DNA of 64,000 nucleotides from Camelus dromedarius (Eukaryota). Made by a program: the position numbers and the translations under genes. Below are positions 1 through 12,048 of this stretch, piece after piece. Location: positions 17,238,001-17,302,000 of the forward strand of contig NC_087437.1 in NCBI RefSeq assembly GCF_036321535.1, written 5' to 3'. The number at the start of each line of letters is the position of its first letter. The first letter of the stretch is position 1. The notes beneath the pieces are model-generated. The model was not told the origin of the DNA and did not search any database. It saw only the letters and a program-made list of their open reading frames with translations.

Positions 1-1930
1 TCACTGTAAACACCTTTCTGTTCCATACTTTCATGGCTTTGCTCATGCAATTTCCTCCCTGAAACATTCTATTTACCATTTTGTTTCTGTGTTAAATTGA
101 AAGAGTCCAGTTAGAGTTAATAAAAACTTCTGTAAGAAAGCCAGTAAAACAGAGAAAAATAATTTACTTGTTTTTATCCCCCTGAAAAACTGAATAAAAA
201 TAATAGAAAATAATATTCCAAAGTTCATAGTAACAATACAAAAATTAAGTTATGTATAAACTTACAGAAACACAGGATAAATATGAAAATAGTCAACTCT
301 TATGAAGTTCACTTTAAAATGCTTGACTAATGATTATCTCTGAATAGTGAAGTTATGAACAGCTTTTATTCCTTGCTTTTGCTTCTCTGTACTTACTAAA
401 AACAACTATTACATACGCAGTAAGAGAGAACCTTTAAGGTTTTTTAAGATCTGTGCAGACCTGAATATAACCTGTTAGGCAAGAATACATCACTAAGAAG
501 TTACATATACATATACCTACATATACACATCTCCTAGAGCCTAGCTAAACTGTGAATAGCCTTCAACACCAGTTCAGGAAACCTAAGACTTAATTCTGTC
601 CAATGAACCTGGACTTTTAAAAATATTAATTTGAGGCAGGATGTAAGAAAGACTAGAGGGACTAAAGCCTAGCCCTAAAGCCTACAAAGAAACCAATTAT
701 AAAGCTATTATAATAGCACTGTCAGCAGATGTTAAGAAACTCAATCATGGTGCTACCAGCAGTCACACAAGAGAAGAGAAAAGTTCAAGAAGAAATATAA
801 AGACCAAACTGGCAGCTCTTAGCAGTGAACTGGATGTGGTGAATTAAAAAGAGCTGTTGAAAGTGTTACATTTCTAATTCTGTACATGAGAGAATAGTGG
901 TAGAATATTTTTAAAAAACAAAGAAGGATAAAGAACTGTGGAAGGAAGCACTCCTCAGGGAAGATAATGGGCTCAGTTTTCAAGGTGAAAGGTAACTAGA
1001 TCCTTCAGTCAGAAATGTCCAACACAAAGACAGTATCGTAATGTATAGGAAATTGGGAAAGTGAACTTGGATTCAGGATACAGACTCTAATCTTGGCTTT
1101 GATATTTACCAACTTGTAATATGGCAATTAAACTCTGATTTCCCATGCTAGATTTGTATGTTTTTCAAACTTTGCACATGCTCTCACTCTCTATGGCTGA
1201 AGGACCTTTTTACAAACAATAATCTTACACAGACCACTTATATTGAAATAATCATATACAGACCACCTACATTAAAAGAGCTGAACCTAACAATCAGGGT
1301 TGGAAGCCTTGAGCCCTGCCCACTTACCAAGCCCACATCTCAGTGCCAAATTTCCAATGGAGATATCTCCATAAAATCGTGAGCTCTATGGAAACCAATG
1401 GGCATAGGGCAAGGGAGTGTGAGGTGGGCAGCAGGAAATTACTTATGATCACCTTCAATTCTGGCACTTCAGGAGAAGAAGTAACACCTGAAGTCAGGTG
1501 AGTGATTCAGAACAAAAGTGAAAGGATTGATAAGAATACCCTTTCCTTGTTTAATCAGGAAAATGTCAGAGACAGAAGTGGAAAGATCACAGGAAGGTCT
1601 CAGAACAAAGTTTCAGGAAATTAAAGGTCATCTCATGCATAAAAGCAGTAATAGAGCTTACTGAGGAGAGATAAGTAAAGATTTGACTTCATAAAAATTA
1701 AAACTCTGCACATAAAAACAAACAAGCAAGCTACGAAAACTACCACAAAAAAACAACCAAAGGGTTAATTTTAACATTTCAAAAAGTTGTAACTTATAAA
1801 AATGGTGAAACCAAAAACAAGCAAACTGATAAAGAACAAAGATACAGAAGAAAACTGGCTAACACACCTGTAGAAAAATTACTGATACCACTAATGAAAT
1901 ATAAAACATCATCTCATTATTGTGTTAATC

Positions 1931-2058
1931 TTTTTTTTTTAATTTTTTTGGGGAGGAGGTAATTAGGTTTATTTATTTTTAATGGAGGTAATGGAGATTG
2001 AACCCGGGACCTTGGGCATGCTAAGCATGCACTTTACCACTGAGCTATATTCTCCCTC
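1931..2058 (-). mobile_element. tRNA-Ala-derived SINE (camelid vic-1-like)
   Basis: Reverse complement GAGGGAGAATATAGCTCAGTGGTAAAGTGCATGCTTAGCATGCCCAAGGTCCCGGGTTCAATCTCC... has A/B boxes, an AAATAAACCTAATTACC body and an A-tail. Confidence 0.85.
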
Positions 2059-2542
2059 ATTTCATTATTTATAATTATATACTTTAAATTATATTTCTTT
2101 AATCAACAGTGAAGTTAAGCATTCTTCCCTCAAGAATGTATTTTAAGTGGTAATACTCAATAATGGCAAGGTAAAATGAGACTGACACCCTCTTAATATT
2201 TCTGGTGTTACTTAATGTTAAGAAACTTTAAATTCATTCCACAAAGCTGGGAACACTACAAAGATGCCAACTATCACTGATACCATTTAATTATAGTAAA
2301 AGTCATGGTCAATACTATAAGGAAAGAGAAAAAGAGAAAAGGGGGAGAGGGAAGAGTGGAGAAAGAGAGAAAATAAAAGGGAAGGGACCAGATCATATCA
2401 TAGACAAATAATCTACGGAACTAAAGTAGTCAGCAATATTGCCAGATACAAGGTAGCAGAAAATCCATAACATTTTCAGTTAGAAAATAAAATAAACACC
2501 ATTCACAATGGGAACAAACAAACAAACAAAACATGTATCTAT

Positions 2543-2749
2543 AGAGGGTTTCTTAACCTCACCTGACATATTGAGCTAGATCATACTTTGTTGTGGGGGC
2601 TAGTATGTGAATTGTAGGATGTTTAGCAGCATCCCTGCCCTCTACCCACTAGATGCAATAGTATCTTCCAAGTTGTGATAACCAAAAATGTCTCCAGACA
2701 ATGTAAACAGTCCCTGGGGGCATAAAATCATTCTGATTAAAAATTAGTG
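2543..2749 (+). mobile_element. MER20 (hAT-Charlie non-autonomous DNA transposon)
   Basis: Diagnostic TGTAGGATGTTTAGCAGCATCCCTG...CTACCCACTAGATG...ACCAAAAATGTCTCCAGACA. Confidence 0.85.
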
Positions 2750-3249
2750 ATCAAGAATAATGAGTACTATGGAAAAACAAAAGAACGATCTGATTTTTCC
2801 CTCAACTGTATCAATCCAAAGCAAATCCCTTCTAAATTCCAGCTGGATTTTATTAATTTTTTTTACTTTGGTAACAGTAACCCATTTATGTAGCATCAAT
2901 TCTGTACCAGTCACTATTCTGACACCATACACATATTCACAAATTGAATCCTCAGAACAAGCGCAGGAGATTTCTCTTAATTTTTCATTTTACACAAAAT
3001 TGAAGCATCCAGTGGTTAAATAAGCCCAGGGTCACAATCACCAACCGAAAGAGCCAGGATTCAGCTCAACCTGACTGGGTCCAGAATGTACACTCTTAAC
3101 CACTTCACTATCCTATTTGGCAAAAAAAATTGCAAAAATGCAACTCTGGAAAGACTGAAGTGCAGTGCATGGAAAACAATCACACTCCTGGAACCAGGGA
3201 AGTAGTAAGCTAGGTGGAAAAAAATCTGGTTATCTTTCCTACTAATTTT

Positions 3250-3740
3250 GGTAGGACTGACCACACCAGACATTTATCTGTAGTGGAAAAACAGGAATCC
3301 TCAGGTACTTCTGGTGGGAGTACAGACTGGTGCAATTATTCAGAAGAGTAATCTGGCAGTGTTTGGTGAAACTGAGTATATGCACACATAACCCAGGAAT
3401 CCAAGTCTTAAATATGTATCCATAAGGGGACATGTATGAGGATGTTCTTTGTCAGTATCGTTGGTGCTAGCAGAGAACTGAAGGAATTACAACATCCATC
3501 ACTACACTAGGGTAATGGTTAAGTGAAACATGGTATATGAACACTATGGAATACTATAGAAGCCATTAGATTCAATGGACAAGACAGGCATAAAGCAACA
3601 TGCAAAGACCTTTAAAACAATGCTAAGTAGAAAAACAAAAGATGCCAATTCTACATATTGTTTGACTTGGAAAAATCCACATGAGACAGTAATACGTTTT
3701 ACAAGAATGCATATGAATACGTGTATATACAACAATCATG
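3250..3740 (+). mobile_element. Old L1 (L1ME-like) ORF2 end/3' UTR fragment
   Basis: CTGGTGGGAGTACAGACTGGTGCAA...CTGGCAGTG...ATGGAATACTATAGAAGCCATT, a typical L1 3' region. Confidence 0.55.
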
Positions 3741-4335
3741 TTAAGTAAATGCCTACAAGGGGAGAGAAAAAAAGAGTGAATAATGCAGAAAAAAGGAAGT
3801 AACTAAATAAAATGAAAGCAAGACCTTGAATGAGGCAATAATTACCATATGCCATGAATTGAGGATATGATTAATTTAACCCTCTGCACTTGGGGTCCAA
3901 CAAGTAAATTTAAAATAATTTCAAAATCAAAAAAATTAAAAATTCTTCTAGAAAGCAACTAACCTATATTGAGACCTTTAAAATATCAATAATCTTTAAT
4001 TTAGTAATTCTTATTCTCTGAATTTGAACTAAATAAAAGTAAATGTAAATAGTTTTACATGTAAAGGTGTTCAGCTGTCCTGAACTATTTATAATAGAAA
4101 AAAAATAAAAATGAAAATGAAAACAATGCCCTATAAATGGAGAGCAGTTACTTGTGAAATATTTTACATACTATTAAAACAATGATTGTGAAATATTAAA
4201 CATGAAATGTCTGTGATATTTTGTAGAAGGAAATATATAAAGGATGAGCTCTACTATACATATTTTATATACAGTCATGTACACAGAAAAAGACTGAAAA
4301 GGAAATGCACTAAAATGTTAAAAGTGGCTATCTGT

Positions 4336-4492
4336 CACACTGATGAGGGATGTTGAGGGTAGGGGAGTATATACATGTGGGTGGGTAGGGCTATGTGTGA
4401 ACTCTGTATTTTCTGTTCAATTCTGTTGTGAACCTGAAACTGCTCTAAAAGAATAAAGTCTATTAAAAAAATTAAAAAATAAAATAAAAAAT
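4336..4492 (+). mobile_element. 5'-truncated L1 (L1MC/MD-like) 3' end with TSD, nested in an older L1ME 3' UTR (~4200-4560)
   Basis: GAACTCTGTATTTTCTGTTCAATTCTGTTGTGAACCTGAAACTGCTCTAAAA followed by an A-tail. TSD AAAGTGGCTATCTGT (4321-4335) / AAATTGGCTATCTGT (4493-4507). Confidence 0.8.
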
Positions 4493-6001
4493 AAATTGGC
4501 TATCTGTGATTATAGATTTATATGTGATTTCCTGTACTTTTCTTTATATTTTCTAATATTAAATATAAAATAGGAGTGCTATTCAATATTTACATTAGGT
4601 AACAGCATAATTCAGTATCACCAGAAAAGTCCAAGGCAGACTAGGACCTACAGTCACCAGGTCACATGGATACTATCATTTAAAAACAAAACAATTTAAA
4701 AAAGTGTCTCCAAAGGTCATACTGATGATAGAATTACAGATTTTAGTGTTTTGAAGTTATTTATAGAACTTAAGTGTTTTGTTAAAAAAATAACAGGGGT
4801 GCCCTACATCCCTATGTGGTCTACTCCAGAAAGTTTTTCTTTAATATCCCGAAGTATTTCCTTAATAAAGGAAATAATAAATTGAAGGTAATTTAGGGTG
4901 TTACTAAGTGCTAATTTTTATCACTAGTTATTTTTGCTAGCAAAATTAGAAAATCTAATATACTATACATAGCAAAATAGCTACAATTTATTTACTATAT
5001 CAATTTCAGCACTACCATCATAATCAATAATTTTGTTAAAACCCTAATAAAATGTAGAAACAACAGATACTTAAAATAAGCTATATGTCTTGGTCTTTAT
5101 TCCCTACACTTGCTCAATTAATCACCTGAAGTTGGTTTTACAAGGTGAAATCATCTTTAAGGTGATTTTAACTTATTTTAATACTTTTTATCTGAATTTT
5201 AAATTCCATAATTATAGCTTAATTACATTTGGTATTATTAACTGCCAAATTTAGTAAAATTGCCCTCATTCTAGCACCACAGTTACAAAAGAAGTAGAAG
5301 GTAGATACCGATGAAAATCCCATCATTTAACGAGGCAGATGTTACTGTGCCAATTTGCATGGCTCTATTAATTTTTATTATGGCAGTTTTTAATAAGACT
5401 TCATTTTACTTACTTTACAGGCCTCAAAATCCAAAGTATACACCACAACCTCCCTTTTAACATCATTCCTATACCCCTAAGAAAGGCAGGTTCATGGGAC
5501 TATTTTAAGAATTCAAGTGAGAGTACACTCTAATCTAACTCACATAACCAGAGTCAATTTAGACATTACTCCTTGTTTTACCATTCTTACTGACTCTTAG
5601 CAATTAACAACCTCCCTGTGTCTCAATCTAATTAACTCCTCTGAAGTAGGTGCTACAGAGGCTGGAATACAGAATGTAACTGATAGCTGTGAGAGTGTTT
5701 CTTTAAACAATAGTAAAATGAGGGAAAGTGACAACACAAGCTTCCAACATACTCAAAAGGATTAGGAAAATTATTTCTCCAAAAAATTTTCCTGTCTCAA
5801 TTTCATTATTCATAAAACTACTTGCAGTAAATTGTGAGACAGTAATATAAGTATTAAATTTTTGTGTGCTGTTCTGTTAAACTTCAAGAGGTTTAAAGAG
5901 GATTCCTTCAAAACCCTCTTTCATTTGCTCAATTCTCTTCTCAAGCATATTAGACTCCATTAACAGCCAATCATGTAAGCTGAGCTGCAAGTGACCCGAG
6001 A

Positions 6002-6015
6002 GTTGCCATAGCAAC
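6002..6015. promoter_or_regulatory. RFX X-box (near-palindromic) in unique intronic DNA
   Basis: GTTGCCATAGCAAC fits GTNRCC-N(0-3)-RGYAAC and is one base from the GTTGCCATGGCAAC palindrome. Confidence 0.5.
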
Positions 6016-7459
6016 AGCTGCTTTCTGAAATACGTGTTATGCATTTTAAAAGCTCTCACAGAGAGGATACCACATCTATCAATTAACAACCAAAGCTCAA
6101 CGTAGCACCCAAATGAAATGAAAAAACTCAGCTACCTTTAATAGGGTAACTACTTCATAACAAAAGAGACATTTGATATTCTTGAATTAAAATGTTGTGT
6201 TCTATAAATTTCAAAATCAAGCCTATAATTAATAACACAGAACACAGAGAATAGATGCACAGTCTGTTTAGCAATGCACAAAATTGATACAGGAAAAGAA
6301 GTAAAAATAATCAGGACTACATTTAGCGATGGACCATTCAAGGATAATGAATGAACATATGCTATAATAAAAACTGCCAAATTTTCACGCAATTTTACTA
6401 ATGAAAAAGTTGGCCCTAAATATGGTAGGCTAAAGTGTTTTCAAAACACATATGGCACACAAGCATGTGTGTGTCACACACACACTTCAAAGATAACAAA
6501 AAGATGTGCAGGCAAATAGTAAATATAAAAGACATTCTACTGTTTGTTTTTTTTAAATAATTCTTTTGGCATCTCATCAGAGATAGACATCTCTTCTTCA
6601 AAGACTATACTGGGAAAATTCCTTCTCATAAAGCGATGCATGGCAAGCCACAGTTAATCAACAAAGTCATTTGAACAGTGTGCAATACTGCAATAAAAAA
6701 CTTTCAAAAGCAAACTTCTATCTGCAAAATAACTTCAAAATTGATATGTAATGAATGTCCAGGATTAAAGGAAACTTAGCAGTCTTGAAAAAAATCTATT
6801 TCTGAAACTATACTCAAACACCTAATTCATATAAATAAACAGAATGTATTAAAAAAATTACCCAAAGTGTTTTTAATCAGGAAAAAGTTGCTACAAATAG
6901 GATAACTAGATAAACATACTGAAATTATGAAAAGTCATGGACAATACTCAAAAGTTGAAAAGAAAAATATTCTAGGGAACATATTCCAATAAGAACCTAT
7001 AAATGTCACATAAGATTCTATTTCATACATATTTTAACTTCAAATTTTGTACAACTTCAAATGAAAGATTTTTTAAAACTAGGGGCTACTGTTAACTACT
7101 AAAGCAGAAATTCAAAAAATTAAGTATAACAAAGATGAAAGAGAGAAATGTTTTAGTGGCTGTCAAATGAGAGACCTAGAAACAAGTCACCATAGCAATG
7201 ACTAAGTGTGGTTCAAAACACCTAAGAATAAGCCTAGAAAACACAATGATTGAAGTATTATTGTATTAATGAAGTAGTCATTTAGATAATTCCTTTGTCC
7301 CAAATGCTACTCCATCTCTAAACAGTAGAAAACACAGCACATTTCTCCTTTCAATATAAAAACCACACCCTTATTTCAACCCTGTATTCCTTACGCTTTA
7401 CACAAACTCTGAATGCAAACACAATTCAAAATCCTAGCAAAATATTAAAACTACTAACA

Positions 7460-7635
7460 GCTAAGCTCTTCTAAGTAATTTATATGTGTTAATTCATGGG
7501 ATCTTCACAATATTCCTTACTATCTCCACTTTACAGATGATGAAACTGAGGCACAGAAAAGTTAAGTAACTTACACAAAATCACACAGCCAGTAAGTTGT
7601 GGAACCAATATTCTAACCCAGACAATCTGACTCTG
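7460..7635 (-). mobile_element. MIR SINE
   Basis: Core TTTACAGATGATGAAACTGAGGCACAGAAAAGTTAAGTAACTT. Confidence 0.85.
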
Positions 7636-8009
7636 TATCCCTTATCTTTATCTACCATCCACAATGCCCAGGTAAGTCAATATGGTTTACAATCTCCTGT
7701 CATCCTAATGAACTGATGTTTCTCTAGTCACCTCTCACCCTTTCTCTCCTTAGTTTAATAAACTCATTCTTAGCTATGTCAAATTCCTAGCTTAATAATT
7801 CCAGCAAACAGAATTTTACAAGAATTAGATTTTTAAAGTAAAAATCAAGTAGACTGAAAACAAACAAAAAAAAAGAGAAAGAAACTTGTTCAAGTATGAA
7901 ACCTAAATAAAAACTGTTCAAGAGGACAAAATATATACCATTTCTTTCTTTTTAAGCAAAAGGACATATATCTATGGGTGAACATGGTTATGATAATGAT
8001 ATAGACAAA

Positions 8010-8250
8010 CAGCAGTTATTAAATGCTTACTACACTCCAACAACTGTCCTATGAGCTTTTTTTATATGCCATAATATTTAATTCTCACAACAACCCTATT
8101 AAGTAGATATTTACCACCCCTGCTTTAGAATAAGCAAACCCGTACAGAGAAATTAGGTAATTTGCCCAAAGGTATGCAGCTAACAAGTGAAAAACCTGGA
8201 ATTAAAAAACCTCTGGCAGCTTCACCAGTCACTACCAACTCTTAATCATA
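8010..8250 (-). mobile_element. MIR SINE
   Basis: TATTAAATGCTTACTA...TTTAATTCTCACAACAACCCTAT...AGGTAATTTGCCCAAAG. Confidence 0.7.
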
Positions 8251-8844
8251 ATCCAACCAAACAGCATCACTGAAAAGGAGAATTAAAGATTTTACAGGTA
8301 AGTAGATATGTCAAACAGGCACTCAGCATATTATAAACATTTTTTAAAAATAACCACAGCTGTGAATGCAGATTTAACAATTATAAACTTAGAAAAATTG
8401 GAAAACCAAAATATAGCACCTAAGAACTGTTAAATAAACTGAAGGATTTTCAATTCAAGATGGCAGACTAAGCACACAATGCCTTAAGAAAATAAATCAA
8501 ATCATTAACACATGAAAGAAAAAGTATTCCATTATCAGATCAGAAATTTTGGGTGACACTTGAGAAATATAAAACAAATGAGAGCAGATTAAGAAAAAGT
8601 GAGGAAAGGATACTGCAACCAAGACAGCAGTTTGGGTCTTCCCAAACAAGTCAAAGAAAGGATCAAGCTTAAAATACAAAGAGCAGGAGGTGGGGGTGGG
8701 ATACAATCCAGCACATGTATCAATAGACCAGTAATTAAAGAACTGCATTCCAAATGATTTAGTCAACTGGGCCTCTCCTCTCCCTGCTTAAACAAAAAGC
8801 TGAGAGCAATGGTTGTCAGCCTCAGGATTAAGCCCAGGCACTAA

Positions 8845-9102
8845 GGTATTCTTCAAACTATAGATCTGAAATAATTTCGGTGGGTTACAACTAGCAACTG
8901 CTAATAGTCTAGAATGACTAGAACAGAAAATACAAAGTGAGGGCGTGTACTGTTTCATGGAACTTTTGCTCAGTTATATATTTACAAGTGTGTGTGTGTG
9001 TGCGTGCGTGAGTGCATGTGTGTGTGTGTGTGTGTGTACTAAGTTTCAATGTAAAACATTTTATACTATGGATCACAGTTTTTAAAATTAGAAAGCTACT
9101 AC
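8845..9102 (+). mobile_element. hAT-Charlie DNA transposon remnant (Charlie4z-like; subfamily uncertain) carrying a (TG)n tract
   Basis: TGTTTCATGGAACTTTTGCTCAGTTATAT...ATGTAAAACATTTTATACTATGGATCACAG, similar to the copy at 58293-58523. Confidence 0.5.
8988..9037. repeat. Interrupted (TG)n microsatellite
   Basis: Directly visible GT repeats with TGCG/AG interruptions. Confidence 0.95.
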
Positions 9103-9689
9103 TCTAAATAAAGTGTCCAGGTCTACGGAGGGCTCCTAGGGTGGGTGGGTGTTGAGGCCTGAAAAAAGGGCAGAGCAGCACCTGAGACACTAAAGCATTC
9201 CACTCCCCACATAAGCGATGATTACTTTGCCAACTGTGAGTACATAACAGCTTGCCTCCTCCTCAACCATACACCTTAAAGCACTTTCCCACCTTTCTTT
9301 CCATTATCAACCCCGCTAAGGAGTTTTTAAAACATTTTCCTCCTAATCACCCCATCCATGAGATTTCAGTAGCACAGATATACTGCATACCTGTTTGTAT
9401 ACTATATGTATATCTGTGGTTTATACATAAAAAGGGCAACTTTTTTTCCCCCATACCCATTGTTATCCCTTTGAAAATTCATGCCTTAGAGTAAATAAAG
9501 ATGTCACAGTCGAGGGAAGGAACCTATGAATGAAATAAACCTACAGCACAGAATACCACTGACCAACTTAATCTTTCTTTCATGAGTATGGATAGACAAC
9601 CAAGAATTACCAAATCTAAGGAAAAACAAAAGATGAAAAAAATCAAGCAACAAAAACAACCAAAGAGAAGGCAGAGATGCAAGCCAAGA

Positions 9690-10632
9690 GGGTAAAGGTC
9701 CCAACCACCAAGGATTGTTCCCAGGCCTTAAAATCTAGTGGTGTTTCCCCAGGTGGTTTTTTAAGTTGCTTAGGACTTGTGACTGCTTTTTTCTTCCTAT
9801 TTTCTTTCTTTTGAACTGAAATGTCTAGTAACTGTCATCCTAAAGCTGTCCTACCATTGTATTTTTAGAATAGATAACTATTTCTTTAGTTTCACAGGTC
9901 CAGACAGCTTCACCCATACTTGATTTAGAAAATTTAGATATGAAATAGGATTTCTGAGGTGGTAAGACTTAGATGAGACTTTGAACTCATACTCTAAGAA
10001 GGAGAGTATCTTTGGGGACTTTGGGATGGGGTTAATGAGTTTTATATGTGAGACAGATATGGATCACAGAGGCCAGAGGGAGGATACAGTAGGCAAAATT
10101 TTGGCCCCCCCTCCATGATCTACACTCCTTGCAGTTACTCTTGCATGTCTCACTACATGGCAAAAGAGTTAGGAACTTTAAAACAGGGAGATTATCATAG
10201 ATAATATAGGTAGGCCCAAATGTAATCACATAGGCCCTTAAAAGTGAAAGAGGAAGGCAGAAGATCAAGGATTAGCAGAAGAGGCAGGAGGGATTTTTAG
10301 CTTGAGAAGAACTCGACCTTCCATTGCTGGTTCTGTTATGAAGGGGACCTAAACCAAAGAATGTGAGTAGCCTGTAAAAGCTGAGAACGATTCCCCACCC
10401 CCAAGTCAACAGCCACCAAGGAACCTCAGTCCTACAATCACTTGGAAGTGAATTCTGCCAACAATCTGCACGATCAAGGAAATGGTTTCTCTCCAAAGCC
10501 TCCAGAAAGGAACTAGCCCTGTCAAAGATTTTGGCCTTGTGAAAGACTCAGCCTAGCCCACTGAATTTCTGACCTATGGAAACTCTAAGATGCTACATAG
10601 TAAGCTGAAATGGCAAGTTGAAAACTAATACA
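9690..10632 (+). mobile_element. MaLR element: MLT1 internal 3' segment, polypurine tract and MLT1D/E-like 3' LTR (LTR ~10088-10632)
   Basis: The internal segment ends in purine-rich AGAGGCCAGAGGGAGGA. The LTR has CCCAAATGTAATCACATAGGCCCTTAAAAGTGAAAGAGG and CCTCAGTCCTACAA...GAATTCTGCCAACAA, and ends AAAACTAATACA. Confidence 0.8.
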
Positions 10633-11332
10633 AAAACTGTTATATCCATTTTGCAGATCAGAAATCTTAAGCACAGAGAGCTTAAGTTGCTTGCTAAAGA
10701 TCACATTACCAGTAACTACTGATGCTGAGATCCAACCCCAAGTAGTGTGACTTGTGCTCTTAACCAATGAAGAAGACAACATGAACAAGAAGAGATAGCT
10801 GAGCATCTAGAATGAATCTTGAAGACTTTCTTTGGCAGAAGCTAAGATACACAAAATTCCTCCCTTAATAGTTTCAACAAATCACTTGGTTCGTGACTAA
10901 ATTGTATTCATATAATATAGCAAATACTGTATTTAAAATCTATTTTTAAGATAAATTTATAGTCAAAGCACAGTAAATTATAGATATATAATTAAGTATA
11001 AACAAAGATAAAAATAATAACATCACTAATTAAAACAAAAATTAAAAGATGAAGGAGGAAAAAATAAAAGCAACGTTAGGTACACTAATTCCCTGATCTT
11101 TCAAAATAGTAAGATTATAGATACTACCTAAAGTTGATAAATCAAGAAATAATGACAAGTGAGAACATGACACTGGTATAAAATTAATATATGAAGATGG
11201 TTTTCTATGGGTTTTGGAGAAGGTGTAGATATTTTCATGCTTCATTTTGTTCATGTCCTTGCTGTTTTAAAACCATGGACATGTATTATATCTATAACTC
11301 TAAAAAATATTTAGTAAACATACACACTTGGA

Positions 11333-11770
11333 TGTGTGTCAGATCAGGTTCTTTGGGAATCAGTCTCAAGATGGCATTAGAAGTTTAAGAAATTCATTGT
11401 GAGAAATGCCTATGAAGAATGAAGGGGAGAAGGAGCAGGAGCTGAATAAGCAGAGAATGCCTTCAGGCTACAGTGCAGGTCTGACAACTGTGTGAGCCTC
11501 AGACCAGTGCAGCTGTGGTCTGAGAGTCCAACAGGGAGTTCAGGTGCAAAGATAGCCTTAAAGAAGTCCCATGTTGGGAAAAACTGGCTAGGCCCTAGTA
11601 TCTTGCTATGCTCAGTTACTAGCAGGAAGCTGCCCAGGGAGAATGTGGCCATGCCTCAATGCTGCAGCAAATCCCAATGGCTCTATAACTGGAGGCTATG
11701 AGCTAACAACACTCTTCAAAGCAGGTTTCTTTCAAGGGAGATCTACACAGAACACCTACTGGGCTGTCAG
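11333..11770. mobile_element. Old ERVL-class solo LTR (subfamily uncertain)
   Basis: GC-richer block with TGCAGGTCTGACA...CCAACAGGGAGTTCAGGTGCAAAGATAGCC, motifs recalled from ERVL LTRs. Confidence 0.45.
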
Positions 11771-11829
11771 AGATGTCATATAAGGGAATACTCTGCAGCC
11801 ATTAAAAATGTTAGAGAGCATCAATTTTC

Positions 11830-12048
11830 AATTACACTTCCTACTGGAAGCCCTAGAATTCTTCAGAGGTATCTCCAAGGCAGAGTGTTCAGGCTGGTGA
11901 AGAAAGCAGTAAACACAGGTTTTGTATTTCCAACTCATCGTCAACCAAAGCAGCTCCACTTTTATCTGTTTATTTTTTTTAACTGCATTTCTCCCTAAAA
12001 TCTATTTGAACAAAGGACTAGAATGCTAAAAAGAATTCAAAAACAAAC
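11830..12048 (+). mobile_element. MER103-like hAT-Charlie element
   Basis: AAGCCCTAGAATTCTTCAGAGG...AAAGCAGCTCCACTTTTATCTGTTT...ATTTGAACAAAGG...TGCTAAAAAGAATTCAAAAAC. Confidence 0.55.

Larger units (their letters stand above)
8452..9660 (+). mobile_element. Possible ancient L1/HAL1-type 5' region, fragmented by later insertions
   Basis: Starts CAAGATGGCAGACTAAGCA (resembles the L1 5' YY1 site) and later has ATGGATAGACAACCAAGAATTACCAAA. Weak, recall-based. Confidence 0.3.
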
